A DNA stretch of 63,343 nt, filler included, from Rhabdomonas costata (lineage: Eukaryota): assembly GCA_019059605.1 (NCBI GenBank). It is 57 parts of 57 records of this genome, joined end to end, with 100 filler letters (N's around TTAATTAATTAA, not from the genome) between each part and the next. Parts side by side here need not be neighbours in the genome. Positions count along the whole stretch, not along the records: positions 24,488 to 25,500 come from JAHMHO010033566.1; positions 25,601 to 26,613 come from JAHMHO010033567.1; positions 26,714 to 27,726 come from JAHMHO010033568.1; positions 27,827 to 28,839 come from JAHMHO010033569.1; positions 28,940 to 29,952 come from JAHMHO010033570.1; positions 30,053 to 31,066 come from JAHMHO010033571.1; positions 31,167 to 32,179 come from JAHMHO010033572.1; positions 32,280 to 33,292 come from JAHMHO010033573.1; 49 more parts are not named here. One strand, written 5' to 3'. This document shows positions 25,236 through 36,976 of this stretch, in pieces (the first letter of the stretch is position 1; every line of letters starts with the position of its first letter). The translations under genes and the position numbers were made by a program. Under the pieces are notes generated by a model that searched no databases, was not told the DNA's origin, and saw only the letters and a list, made by a program, of their open reading frames with translations.

Positions 25236-26713
25236 AAGGGACAGCTGGTATTGATTTCACCATGGTTCATTCATTATTTTGGGTGCAATAGTTCACATCT
25301 TCGGTTGCACGTACGCCAGAAGCGAGGGAGAGTGTGTCTCGTTTCAAGATGGCCAGAGGGCTACTGCTTGCTTTTAACTTGATGTTGCTCGGTTTTTACA
25401 TGGAGCAGGTCCATCTTCGTGCTCGCTGTACCTCGGATTGTGGTCCTCTCGCTTCTGGCGTACGTGCAACCGAAGATGTGAACTATTGCACCCAAAAACC
25501 NNNNNNNNNNNNNNNNNNNNNNNNNNNNNNNNNNNNNNNNNNNNTTAATTAATTAANNNNNNNNNNNNNNNNNNNNNNNNNNNNNNNNNNNNNNNNNNNN
25601 GTGGGGGTGGTCGTACTCGTTTTAGCTGGTCATCACAAGCTGTCCTGCCCCACGTGTTTACGTGTATGATTGGACGTTTCTTTTTTTTTCCGTCCGTGCC
25701 TGGGCACTGATGGCTGAGGTCTGGTTATCGGTGTTGTGAATCGATGCAGCCTTTCTGCCTTTCTGCTCCTCCAATCGAAGTCTCACTGCGCTCCAGCATT
25801 CCATTGCGTTGCAGCGGCGTTGGGGACTCAGTCGTTCAAGTACCTCAGGTTCTGAACTTGTACCAGCAAAATAACTTAGGCTTGAGGTGGATAAAAAACG
25901 TTAGTTCAGCCCACCGCCCGCGTTTTCTGTATCACTTACTGACAGCATCTCACCTCAATCTTGTTCTGTGTTTGCCGTTTAATATTTACATGTGAACCCT
26001 TCAGTGAACAGTTGGGATGTCGTTCCTTCCAGATTTTAAAAGATAAAACAAACAAATCCTTGCGGATCACCCACTCTTTTCAACTCCATTCTAGGCTACA
26101 CGCGAGCCAGGGACCCATCGAAGTCACAGAGATGAGCGGGCATTGGAGTGACGTCCCTTTTGACAGAGGGATCGAGAGGTGAACACCCCTGACTGCCTAA
26201 CTGCTCACAAACGCATGCGCCACACCAGTCCGCAGACTCCGGGCTAGTACGGAATTTACAAGTGCAGCACGCGAGGGACCACCATACCAGATATCAAATC
26301 CACATTTCAGCCCTTGCATAATCAGCAAAAAAGAACTCCCGCTTGCGCGGTGACCCCGGGCACCAGTCCGTACCCACCTCGCCAAAAAAAGAACCTCGAG
26401 GGACGCCACCAGCACTGCGAGCTAGCCCAGGCAACACGGCCCAAGAAAGAGAAAAACCGCGACTGCACTGTACACTTGACAATGAGCCCCGCCGCCCCTG
26501 GGGGTGAGGGATGTGGCAGCAGCGAGGAAGGTGGGAGGGTTGTTCACCGCTGGGGCCCTCCACAAAGGTCAGCGATGACCAGATAGAAAAGCAGATAGAA
26601 GAGGCAACCAACANNNNNNNNNNNNNNNNNNNNNNNNNNNNNNNNNNNNNNNNNNNNTTAATTAATTAANNNNNNNNNNNNNNNNNNNNNNNNNNNNNNN
26701 NNNNNNNNNNNNN

Positions 26714-27346
26714 TTGCTGGTAGCCACCACCACCACCCCGCGCTGGAACAGCAGAGTGAACAGCGACGTCAGCAGAGAGGCATCCCCGATGTCCAGAACC
26801 TATGGGGTGAAAAGGGTCCCCTCCATCCTTCTAACGAAGGGACGGAAAAGTTATTTGATTCGCCTATCACTCAGAGGTTCTGAAAGGAGGCCAGCTTGCA
26901 CCCACATACTTATGATCAGTGACTCATGACCCAACACCAACACAACGTCACAACAACCGAATCAAGAAAAGGGCGGCGTTTGAGGTGGGGCATGTTGTGA
27001 TACAGAAAGCGGCTTATGAGGTGCTGTCCATTGCGGCGTATGCGGTGCGGACACTCAAGAAAAGCCATGAGAAAGACAGAAACTAAGTCAGGGAGTTTGG
27101 ATAGATTCGCAGCGCACAGAAGAAAAACGGCGTGTGTGTGTGTGCGTACGCAAGTGCCTGGAACTCATCGAAACAAAGCACCCAGGCCTCCGACGCAAGC
27201 TGGGAGGCCAGCTCCGCCAGCAGCCGGCGCCGGGGCCATCGCCCGTGCTCGACCTTTTCCTGCGCCGCCTTCGCAGTGAGGGTGTGCATCCGGCGGTGGA
27301 CATCCCCCAGGAAGGCCGCGAGGTGAACTCGGCGCTTCCGCTGAAT
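26714..27346 (-). CDS. AFG1: AFG1/LACE1/ZapE-family ATPase, exons 27346-27158 and 26799-26714
   Basis: KRRVHLAAFLGDVHRRMH...VLCFDEFQ|VLDIGDASLLTSLFTLLFQRGVVVVATS reconstitutes the family Walker B motif CFDEFQV.DI.DA and GVV.VATSN. The intron is GC-AG (27157-26800). Confidence 0.93.
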
Positions 27347-28468
27347 CTGTGTGTTTGGTGGTTGCAGAGAATGCCGACGTGCACGCACAGAGAGGCATCG
27401 GAGATGACCGAGTCCTCGAAGTATATTCGACCCCATAAATTCCACTTCTCCACTTAAGACAAAACTACGACCTCGAAAAAGTTACAAGGGCTCGCGTGAA
27501 GGGGTTCGCAACTCTTCAAAAACAGAAAACAGGGTCCAGATTTCGCATGATCTATGAGGGGGACTCAAACCAAGGCCATTTGGCAAAGAATATCCATCTA
27601 TCCCAAGATTCGCGGGTAAAAATATTCACACGGCCAAAGTCCCGTCATCCGTCCACCAATGTGACTAGGAAAACAAACTCCACAGCTGCTGGCTGGCTGT
27701 CCAGAACACTCTGCATACAAAACCCCNNNNNNNNNNNNNNNNNNNNNNNNNNNNNNNNNNNNNNNNNNNNTTAATTAATTAANNNNNNNNNNNNNNNNNN
27801 NNNNNNNNNNNNNNNNNNNNNNNNNNGTGTGCCTCGTAATCATTGGGTTGAGGGAGAGTGCGAGGTTGAGATCATCAGTGCTCCTTGTGTTGATTGAGTT
27901 GCACTGCGTTGGAACGTGCTTCCGTGCTTGCGTGGTTGAGCTGGAGTCGTCGAGAATATAAGTTCTTTTTCCTTACGTCTTTTCCTCTTCTTCGTAATGT
28001 TGTGGCCCTGGCGATGTGTCAAAGCGAAATGTCGTCCGTTTGTCAAAGTTGAGAAGCGAGATACTACAGATGATGCCTCCTTCACGTCTGAACGATATTG
28101 CATTAGGGACGTTGCATTGAGGCGAGCAACGGTAATTGGTGTGGTACAAAACAATGCTGGTAGGCTCGGTGGCTTTTGGTGCGCAGGACGAAGAAAACTT
28201 CCCCACGTCTCCCAGGCCCTACGTCCCCGTCTTAGCGGACTGGCCTGCAACACTAGAATTACTCTGTTTCTTTGGTACGCAGTCTCCTGGGAACGATTCA
28301 TCGCCCTTCCCCGGCAAAGTCACCGAAGTTCGCCGACGAACACACCAGAAATACCGAGGAAAAGCACCGCAATACAAAATGCCTAGCCTCTTCATTTACT
28401 GTTTAACTTAGATCGTTAACCGTTAACCCCACCCCATTCACACACAATGTTGTGGGTGCAGATTTCAG

Positions 28469-28585
28469 AGTGACATTTGGAGCTGCGGCGTGATCCTGTA
28501 CGTGCTGTGCGGCCGCCGCCTGCCTTTCGGCCACCGCGGGAAGGACTCCCAGGCGAAGATCCAGAACGCAACTTTTGAGATGAAG
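28469..28585 (+). CDS. Ser/Thr protein kinase exon (subdomains IX-X, CAMK/AMPK-like); not in the ORF track
   Basis: SDIWSCGVILYVLCGRRLPFGHRGKDSQAKIQNATFEMK, 39 codons between TTTCAG and AAG|GTCGGT. Confidence 0.92.
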
Positions 28586-29762
28586 GTCGGTCAAGTGGGC
28601 CCCACTGTTTGGAAATTTCTCTCTCGACCCCCTCCATAGGCTTTCAACAGTCAGGGGCTCATGCAATAAAACTGACTTTTGACGTTAACGCTGTTAAGCA
28701 CAAAAGAAATTCGGGTTTTGGTGAGAATATTTTCCGAGCACGGGGGGTAAGTGTATTTTGGGGGGGTAGGTATCTGTGCTACTGCCCCTATGGATGGTGA
28801 CTTTTTCAGCCCGATCACGGGCGACAACCAACCCACCCANNNNNNNNNNNNNNNNNNNNNNNNNNNNNNNNNNNNNNNNNNNNTTAATTAATTAANNNNN
28901 NNNNNNNNNNNNNNNNNNNNNNNNNNNNNNNNNNNNNNNTTGTTGTTTTAAAGAGATTTCAAATAGTTTTATTTTCAATATATCGGCATATTGGCACTTG
29001 GAAACATGCCAGAATGCGAGATTAGGGAAAAAAATCACCTAAACACCACCGGAACCACTTTTTCGAGGCACTGTCCATTGGTACTGCCATGCAAACGGAC
29101 TTCGGAGGTGAAAGGCGTGCCCAATTTTCATGGTTCGTGGTCACGACAATGTCGTCCTTTTCTTTCGGGATTTGATATCTGTGCATTCTCCTAAGTGTGG
29201 AAAGACACTTTCCAGCGACTACCATGAGCTTTTCGACCTCGTATTTTATACCCATTTGCAGTTTTGGTTGGTTGGGGATGGTGCTCAACGGTTTGCTGGG
29301 TTAAACGATCGATCGAGCGGAGGATGGTTATGTAACGATTAGATGCACATGGGGCTAGGTAAACTGTGACTTGATGTATTGTCACTTAATGTGTTAGTTA
29401 GTAAAAACAGTATGTAATCTCGGCGGGTACATAGCTATTCGTATTGCAAACCCGACAACATCGGTTCACAGCGCAGTACTGAGAGGAGGAGGGAATGAAT
29501 TTTGGCGTGGTCAAAGAGTGGCTGAGAGGCAGACGAGGTGACAGCATGCATTGAGCTGAGATGCGCGCGCAAGGGAGAAACAGCTGTAAATCGACTGGAA
29601 GTCATGCGGCATCCAGCAGAAATACGTGCCGTGAGGGAGATGGAAATTGTTTGTTTAGCGGTGCTGAACGTTCATGCCCCTCAAAATTGCAGTGCAATAG
29701 ACCCTGAAACATTGAAGACTCAAACGGCAAAAAGCAACCGCAGTGTGGCTGCCAAATTACAG

Positions 29763-29952
29763 GGCGGGCCGTGTTCAGTGCCCGATGTGCAAGAAGGCGA
29801 TGATCGACCTTCCGCCCCAGGTCACGCACCAGCTCGACCGGGAGATTGAGCTCACCCCGCTGCCTCCGGAGCTGCGGTTCAACGTGCCTGTGCTGTGCAA
29901 CGACTGCCTCGGGCGCTGTGAGGTGCCCTTCCATATCTTAGGCCACAACACC
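29763..29952 (+). CDS. RCHY1: RING/CHY zinc-finger E3 ligase (Pirh2/RCHY1-like), end of RING plus zinc-ribbon C-terminus
   Basis: CPMCKKAMID...LDREIELTPLPPE...VLCNDCLGRCEVPFHILGH matches CP.C.KS..D....LD.EI..TPMP.EY...ILCNDC...S.V.FH.LG.KC. Confidence 0.9.
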
Positions 29953-30214
29953 NNNNNNNNNNNNNNNNNNNNNNNNNNNNNNNNNNNNNNNNNNNNTTAA
30001 TTAATTAANNNNNNNNNNNNNNNNNNNNNNNNNNNNNNNNNNNNNNNNNNNNTGGTGGTCTCTCCTATCCTTTTTCAATCAAGAGCTTTTTCGGCTATCG
30101 GCTAATTTGGAGTGGAGAAAAATTCGGTGAGCTGACTTCCTGAGGCGTGCAGATGTCGTTAATTGCTTGTTGTACAGCAAAACGACTGGGGATATGGGGG
30201 GTGGGCGCCACAGA

Positions 30215-30344
30215 TCTTCCCTCGCCAGCGCGGTTGGCCCCTGTGAAGGCCAGGGACCTGAAGACCGACCTGGTGATGGGCTTGGTCGCGCCCGCTGAGG
30301 AGTTCGACGCCACCGAGTTTGTGGTGGAGGCCTCTCACTTTTGA
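30215..30344 (+). CDS. Probable terminal exon of an unknown protein
   Basis: GC3-rich frame (LPSPARLAPVKARDLKTDLVMGLVAPAEEFDATEFVVEASHF*) after a CACAG acceptor. Confidence 0.4.
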
Positions 30345-31459
30345 GCCCCACCACCACTATTATCACCACCCCCCACCTCGATGCTCGCGGGTGCGAAGGG
30401 GAAAGTTCTCCGCCTGTGTACGTCCTATGCCGATGCGTGCTTTAATCGCTCGAGAGATATCCCGTTCTTCCTTAGGTGCAGTTGGTTTGGAAGCAGGATC
30501 CCCTGCTCCCGTTTCGTAATTACGTGTGGCATGGCTTGATGTGAACGTCACCCTGAATGTCTTGGGGCGGAACCTCGATGCCCGCTCCACTCCTCCCCCC
30601 TCGTCCCCTTGCCGTGTGCCCTTCTTTCAGACTAGACTCCCTGGTCTCCAACACAACGAATCCCGCCTGTCGCTGTTCTGCTGTTCCCCAATGTGTGTTC
30701 TATGCTTCTGTGTATGTGTGTTCCGTCTCTCTCTCTCTCTCGCCTCCGGGTCGTCTGCATGTCTCCTTCTCCTCTCAATGTTTGAGGTGCGAACTGCAAA
30801 CCATGCACCCCACCCCCTCTGTGGTTGTGGGCGCTTCTCTTCAGTTCGTTTACTGGAGGTGGAAAAAGGGAGCCGCAGGGTCCATCTTTCGCTGCCTGGG
30901 CAAGAAGGAATTTTAAAAGGACTGAAAAAGACCAGCCAAGGGTGCGCATACCGACCTAGGGTCAAAGGACCAGCGACACAGCGTTTCGTTCGGGAGGCCC
31001 GCTGTATACACAAAGGCCCCCCCCCGGCCTCCGGGAAATGGAGGGCTAGTCAAGGTGTCAACCAACNNNNNNNNNNNNNNNNNNNNNNNNNNNNNNNNNN
31101 NNNNNNNNNNTTAATTAATTAANNNNNNNNNNNNNNNNNNNNNNNNNNNNNNNNNNNNNNNNNNNNGTTGTTTGTTTGTTTCTGTGTTTGTTTGATGAGG
31201 AATCCGAAAGGTGCTCGCAAAGTGACTGAAAGGAATCAAAAGCAACTCTTCCCATTCTTGCTCGACACGAACGGGAAGAGTTGCTTTTGATTCCTTTCAG
31301 TCACTTTGCGAGCACCTTTCGGATTCCTCATCAAACAAACACAGAAACAAAAAGACAACTCAAAGCATCCTGAACAGGGGGTGCATGTTGTATACTTGGG
31401 TAGGGGGGTGCACATTGTATACGAGCACCATTTATTGCTTCTTGTGACAATGTACTTTT

Positions 31460-31715
31460 CCTCCAACTCCTCCGGCCATTTCGTAATCCTCACAGAGCAC
31501 CGCCATGCCATCATTGAGGACAAGAATATATGAAGCGAGGACGATTTGCTGGAAGCCCTTAAATACCTTGCAAGCAGCGCAGTGGCAGGAAGCCTAATGC
31601 TCAGCCTGCAGCCATAAATCTGCGGTAACATAATAGTTCCAGTCCGGAAGAAGGACGGTGACATCATGCCATTTGTATTTGGCGAGGTGCTCCCATACAT
31701 CAACACCAAGGCGTC
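31460..31715 (+). mobile_element. Degenerate non-LTR retrotransposon reverse transcriptase, CRE/SLACS-like
   Basis: SSGHFVILTEHRHAII...DLLEALKYLASSAVAGSL...P*ICGNIIVPVRKKDGDIMPFVFGEVL resembles EHL...LL.AL......G.......GA.LV.L.KKDG.IRPIAVGE.LR. Contains in-frame stops. Confidence 0.7.
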
Positions 31716-32367
31716 CCATTGGAGTACGGTTGAGGCCTCAAAAGTATTCATCCATTGCCTGTAACAAGGCCATTATGAGTGTCGAGCAGCACCTTGCACA
31801 GTGCCTTGTCATCCAGGTCCACGTTGGTGGACACTGGGAATGAAGGAGGCCCGTGTCCACTCTCTGGTGCATGAGTGTGTAGTTTGTTTATCCTGGCGTT
31901 GTACGCCATAAATTACACGAGAACTCAGCTGTGCTGTTGCCTGTGAGTGACGGCACATATCGGAGAGTCCTGTAATTTGCTTAGCTAGTAAGTCCGACCG
32001 GCTGTTTATGGGGAAGTTGCAGCTTGGGTTTTGATTGATGTTGTTCCACTTTAACTTAAACTTAACTGATTCCCATATATACATAAATCGGCCAGCGTTC
32101 CTGTTGCAGATACTGGCCCGCAGGGTTCTTCTGAATGCCTCTTGCCTGGATTGGCCGCGAGTAGCGCTGTCGTTGCAATNNNNNNNNNNNNNNNNNNNNN
32201 NNNNNNNNNNNNNNNNNNNNNNNTTAATTAATTAANNNNNNNNNNNNNNNNNNNNNNNNNNNNNNNNNNNNNNNNNNNNGGGGGGGTGGAGGAGGTACGC
32301 CTTAATACCACCTTATGTGCACTTACCATGCCTTCTGTGTATTTTGGGGCCCCTTTTTGTTTTTGCC

Positions 32368-32778
32368 GGTCGCATACTACGTATGCTCCCTATATGTGAT
32401 GGTTCATTCGCTCCCCGACTGACGTCGGGACGTCGGTCCGCTCATTCACATTCTATAGGTCCCCACGAACGCTAAGGGTGAAGAATAGCCGGTCGAATAC
32501 TCCTAAGTGCTCGTATACTCCCTAAGTGTACTGGTTCATGCGCTCCCCCGCCCTAAGGCGCTTACGCGCATTCAAAGATAGCCTAAGAAGTGAAGAAGAG
32601 ATGCTGATACCTCACTCACATTCACTACGTTCATGTTCGTGGGGCCCCTTGGTTTATGCTGGTCGTATGCTTCACTGCGTTCGCATACTCCCAAGATGTG
32701 TGAATCCCCATACCGTCTGGGGGGCCTTATTGTGATGGCTGGTCGTATACTCGCAATTGCTCGTATACTCCCTACAAG
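32368..32778 (+). repeat. Degenerate minisatellite with core GSTCGTATACTCCC
   Basis: About 8-9 variant copies, e.g. GGTCGCATACTA, GGTCGAATACTCC, GCTCGTATACTCCC (twice), GGTCGTATGCTTC, GTTCGCATACTCCC, GGTCGTATACTCG. Confidence 0.7.
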
Positions 32779-32923
32779 TGATGGTAAAGCGAAAAAATGC
32801 GTTTCTTTGCTGGTATGGTAGGGCGGATATAAAAGTGAGTGGACCCGAATCACATCAACCAACTGCTTGGTTTACAATTGTCGCTTGAGAAAGATCAGAA
32901 TTCTGTCATGAGAATCATTCAAC

Positions 32924-33292
32924 CTGTTGGGGAACGGCCTTTGCGGCCTGCGTCCGCAGCACCGGAGTGATCTCTTTGAGCAGCTTCTCAATGCTCATTG
33001 CACCCTCCTCACCCTCGTCGTCCTCGTCCTCGTCCTCCTCGTCAGCACGAGCCGGCGCGGACTTGGGCACCGCCGCGGCACCTTTCGCTGCTAAGGCATC
33101 CCCCTTCTTCGAATTCGAAGAAGCCGATGGTGCGTCGGAAGGCCTCTCTTTTGTGTTCCCTGGCTTGTGTTGGGCAACGGGCTTTGGGCCCCCGCTGGAG
33201 ACCGGAGATACCGGCTTGTTGGCGGGTCGTGAAGCAGGGGGCTCCGCTTTGCTGCGGTGCTCCTTTTTCTCCTTCTTTTCCTTGTCCCCTTT
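32924..33292 (-). CDS. Internal exon of an unknown protein with Lys-rich and acidic low-complexity tracts; not in the ORF track
   Basis: Open frame KGDKEKKEKKEHRSK...ADEEDEDEDDEGEEGAMSIEKLLKEITPVLRTQAAKAVPQQ ending at CAG|GTTGAA. Confidence 0.65.
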
Positions 33293-34187
33293 NNNNNNNN
33301 NNNNNNNNNNNNNNNNNNNNNNNNNNNNNNNNNNNNTTAATTAATTAANNNNNNNNNNNNNNNNNNNNNNNNNNNNNNNNNNNNNNNNNNNNTTTTTTTG
33401 GTTTTGGAATTCAGAACCTAGTGCAGACCTACAGCGCTGTGTTCTTTCATCCAGCCTTGCGGAGCTCTTAGGCGCGTTCTCCCGACAGCGATCAGCCCTC
33501 CCACAAGACCCTTTGGTCTTTGGTCTTTGGTCTGCAGCTCGAGAGCTTTGCAATCACATCGAGTCACCTATTTTGTCTCAATGGCTTGCTCAACTCTCAC
33601 TCCCGACTCCGGACCGAGTAATCAATGACCAGCTCTCGCAGACGTTTTGAATGGATCAGGTGCACTCCAAGTTGCGGCTAGGTCTCCTGTAATCAGTGCC
33701 ACTTCGAGACAAAGTGTGGATCACAAGCGAAGCTCAGCGGCACGCCTGGCTGGATGTTCCACCCATTGCGGTTTTCACTTTGGCAAAGGGGAGTTCCTGC
33801 TGCTAACCCATTTTCATTTCTGGGTGTTCCTCTTCTCCCAAAAGCAGCAGCGGGAAAGCCCTGTGACCAGTTTGGACAGCCTTTGGTGATCATCTTGTCT
33901 CTTGCCGGCAAGCGGGAGCTTGTAAACGGCAGAACGCCTTTTGCGCGACCATCGAGGCTATTGCAGTCAGTCTCCAGGTCAAAACGGAGGAGCAGGTAAA
34001 GAACAAGTAGAATGGCCAATATAAACTAGAAAGGTGCAAGCAGACTTCTCTGTTTGCGTTTAATTATTGGTGCCAGGGGTGCAATAGCTTTCCAGCCCCG
34101 ATTCAGTGGCTGCTGTCCGGTCGACGTGGTGGCGATAATTATTCTGGCTCTTGGTTTTGTTGCTTTTTGCTCGGCTTTTGGGGACAG

Positions 34188-34310
34188 GCCATCACGGACT
34201 TTACCACTGTTTTGTCGTACGACGAGCAGGACACCCAGGCGCTGTTCCATAGGGCCAAGGTGTACGATATGCTGGGCATGGCCGACAAGGCCGCGGAGGA
34301 CCGGAGCAAG
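34188..34310 (+). CDS. Tetratricopeptide-repeat protein exon
   Basis: AITDFTTVLSYDEQDTQALFHRAKVYDMLGMADKAAEDRSK follows the TPR consensus. GACAG acceptor and probable GC donor. Confidence 0.8.
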
Positions 34311-34315
34311 GCCTG

Positions 34316-34346
<31 letters not shown>

Positions 34347-34506
34347 TCTCAGTATGGCCATAATGGCTACAGAGCCGCAAAGGGAAAAAGGGGCACCCAC
34401 ACACCCNNNNNNNNNNNNNNNNNNNNNNNNNNNNNNNNNNNNNNNNNNNNTTAATTAATTAANNNNNNNNNNNNNNNNNNNNNNNNNNNNNNNNNNNNNN
34501 NNNNNN

Positions 34507-35481
34507 GGGGGTGTGGTGGCAGCTCGGGGTGTGGGCCGAGCAGCTGGGCGATGGTCGTGCCGTGCAGCTGGGTACTAACCTATCACCCCATGCAAGTTTT
34601 CGCTTTCCTTCCCACTCAAGAATCCCACTGTCGTTCTTTTGAGGGTCACAGTAGTCGAGTCGAAGCTCCACACAGTGTCTTTCGTGTTCCTCGACCCCGA
34701 AAATGGGGGGACAGGTCACCTTTTCTGAGCAGGACTCGAAGTCTACTTCGTTTTATTCCCCGAAAACAGGTTTTCTTAGTTTTTAAGAAAAAAATTCGCG
34801 AAGTCGACGGAAGGTGGCTGGCCGGGCAGAATTTTTTCGCCAGTGCTACCGCCTAGCCTTCGAGTCAGCTGTCCGGACCACCTCCATTGGATAGTCTCCC
34901 ACCACTAACCTGGGACAAAACACCTCCCCCGAGGCTTCGAATGCGTGAACAAAAAGTTCCTCTTAAAATTGGCGCGCACACACATACAAAAATACGCACA
35001 TGCACACGCACACGCACACGCACACACGGACACACACGCACACACACGTACATTACAACTCTACATTACACTCGTACCTTGTATTCGTTACGAGAACAAA
35101 GAAACATGTGTGACGAGGCGAGTGTTTTATTTTCCCTGTGCCGATCCAGCACAGCGAAAATATCAAAGCAAGCAGTCAGTAAACAAGAGCACTGACATGG
35201 CCACAAAATTAAGGTCTTTGGTTTGACAACACCACGGGTTTACAATGTTTGTGGTTCAGGTATGGGTTTTCCTCCCGTCTCTGACTGCGCCGTGTGTGCT
35301 TTGAGGGGAGCTGGTGGACCCCAGTGGGGTGCGGCAGTTCGTTCAGCTGAAGGGCAGTGGGACCACGCCGTACTCCCGGCACGCCGACGGGCGGTTGGCC
35401 TTGCGAGCGGCCCTCCACGAGTTTCTCGCCGCAGAGGCCCTGCGCGGCCTCGGAGTTCCCACCGTGCGGTGCCTCTCTGTG
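34507..35481 (+). CDS. selO: SelO/YdiU protein adenylyltransferase (pseudokinase AMPylase), exons 34507-34571 and 35306-35481
   Basis: [25 protein letters not shown]...[47 protein letters not shown] contains the QLGDGRA, LKG.G.TPYSR.ADGR and LGVPT.R motifs. Phase-1 GT-AG intron. Confidence 0.95.
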
Positions 35482-35935
35482 GTTCGTCCCGCTTCCGGCC
35501 CACGCGCACACACACCCCCNNNNNNNNNNNNNNNNNNNNNNNNNNNNNNNNNNNNNNNNNNNNTTAATTAATTAANNNNNNNNNNNNNNNNNNNNNNNNN
35601 NNNNNNNNNNNNNNNNNNNGGGTTTGTGTTATGTTGCGTTTCGCAATGACCTCTACGAAAGCGCCGCCGAACTTTTCACCAAATGAAGGGATCAAATTTG
35701 CCCAAATGGAATCCCATGGAGTTTCAGCGAACACCAACAAAGTGACCTGATGAGAGACGAGAGATAGGTTGCGGATATGCCAATCATAATAGCTGCCTTT
35801 TCAAACGACGTTTCAACTATACAAAGACCGCTTGTGTTGTTATGCGTCTGGCTCTGGGATCAATTCTAGTTTATGGCTGCACAGGATCAGAATCAGATGA
35901 AATCGTTCGAGGTGCTTCGTTTGCTTCGTTTCTAG

Positions 35936-36008
35936 GTGTTTATCTCCCGGCTGCACTCGAAAGCGGAGGCGGGCTTTGACTCTCCTGGGCCTGGAACCTA
36001 CGGAGACG
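35936..36008 (+). CDS. SHIPPO/ODF3-like PGPG-repeat flagellar protein exon
   Basis: VFISRLHSKAEAGFDSPGPGTYG carries the (S/T)PGPG.Y motif. TTCTAG acceptor and probable GC donor. Confidence 0.65.
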
Positions 36009-36394
36009 GCACGTTTCGCTCGCCTTATCTTTGTTGTTGTTCCTGCGCTTCGCTGCCTGTGTTGGGCTTTGTTCATAATTATCGTCGACAGCAGAAGGGA
36101 CGAGGTGACACGAAATAAGATAAAAAGTGGAGGTTACTCTCGAGCTTCCACTTAAATGCACGGACGAAAGTGAAAACTAGAGTGCAAATGGGGACGTCGT
36201 CAGCCACAGCAAACCTGCGCATGACAACAGCAGCAAAGTATGTCATGAACAGTTGGTTTCTGTCCCTTGTCCTTTTTCTGTGGTTGTTCTTTCGTCTCAC
36301 TCAAGCGTGCACGCGAAGCGATAAAAAAGAACAAAAGAGAACATCATCAGTGAAACAAACCTGCATGACAGCAATGTACCAAAGCGTCACGTGC

Positions 36395-36508
36395 GGCCGG
36401 TTTCTGTCCCCGGTCCACACACAAGATTTGTACAATACGCCGAGATCACCCCTTCCCGCACCCAATCGCCTTACAGCGTCTTACTACTCACGGTCACCGC
36501 CTCAAGGC
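36395..36508 (+). repeat. Dispersed ~110-bp repeat, copy 2 (see 19486-19593); a partial third copy at ~36586-36615
   Basis: Direct sequence match to the reverse complement of 19486-19593. GTCCACGCACAAGAA recurs near 36594. Confidence 0.9.
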
Positions 36509-36802
36509 GGGAGCTTCTACTACTCACAGTCCCGCCCTTGCTGCACATAATTTCGCTGACGGGGCCGCAGCACCGCGCGCATTTATTTCCCTTGTCCACG
36601 CACAAGAACTGTACAAGCACTCCACCCCACCCNNNNNNNNNNNNNNNNNNNNNNNNNNNNNNNNNNNNNNNNNNNNTTAATTAATTAANNNNNNNNNNNN
36701 NNNNNNNNNNNNNNNNNNNNNNNNNNNNNNNNTTTTTGGTGTTTTCTTCGCTTTTCTTAACCCTCCTTCCCCTCCTTCCTATCCTCCACAGTGTCTCCAG
36801 CT

Positions 36803-36976
36803 TCACAAACGGTACACCACGCCATCCGCAAGCATCAAAATGTCGTCCTTCTCCATTCGCAGCAGAACGTCCACCAGCTGCTTGCGGGACAAATTGAGTT
36901 GGTTAATATCACGCAACCGCCGAAGCATTTCGGCAACGCTCAAGCTGGACAAATGCTGCATTATGAAGGCCACAGC
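36803..36976 (-). CDS. Terminal exon resembling the C-terminal winged helix of an MCM helicase subunit (MCM3/MCM4-like); not in the ORF track
   Basis: AVAFIMQHLSSLSVAEMLRRLRDINQLNLSRKQLVDVLLRMEKDDILMLADGVVYRL* resembles the MCM3 ending (L..M...N..M...G..F.I*). 58 codons after a GCGCAG acceptor. Confidence 0.55.
   Translation of the reverse strand, partial: AVAFIMQHLSSLSVAEMLRRLRDINQLNLSRKQLVDVLLRMEKDDILMLADGVVYRL

Noticed and set aside
28403..28666. Minus-strand ORF HLKSCVLDLRLGVLPAVAERQAAAAQHVQDHAAAP
   Set aside because: Antisense shadow of the kinase exon on the + strand.
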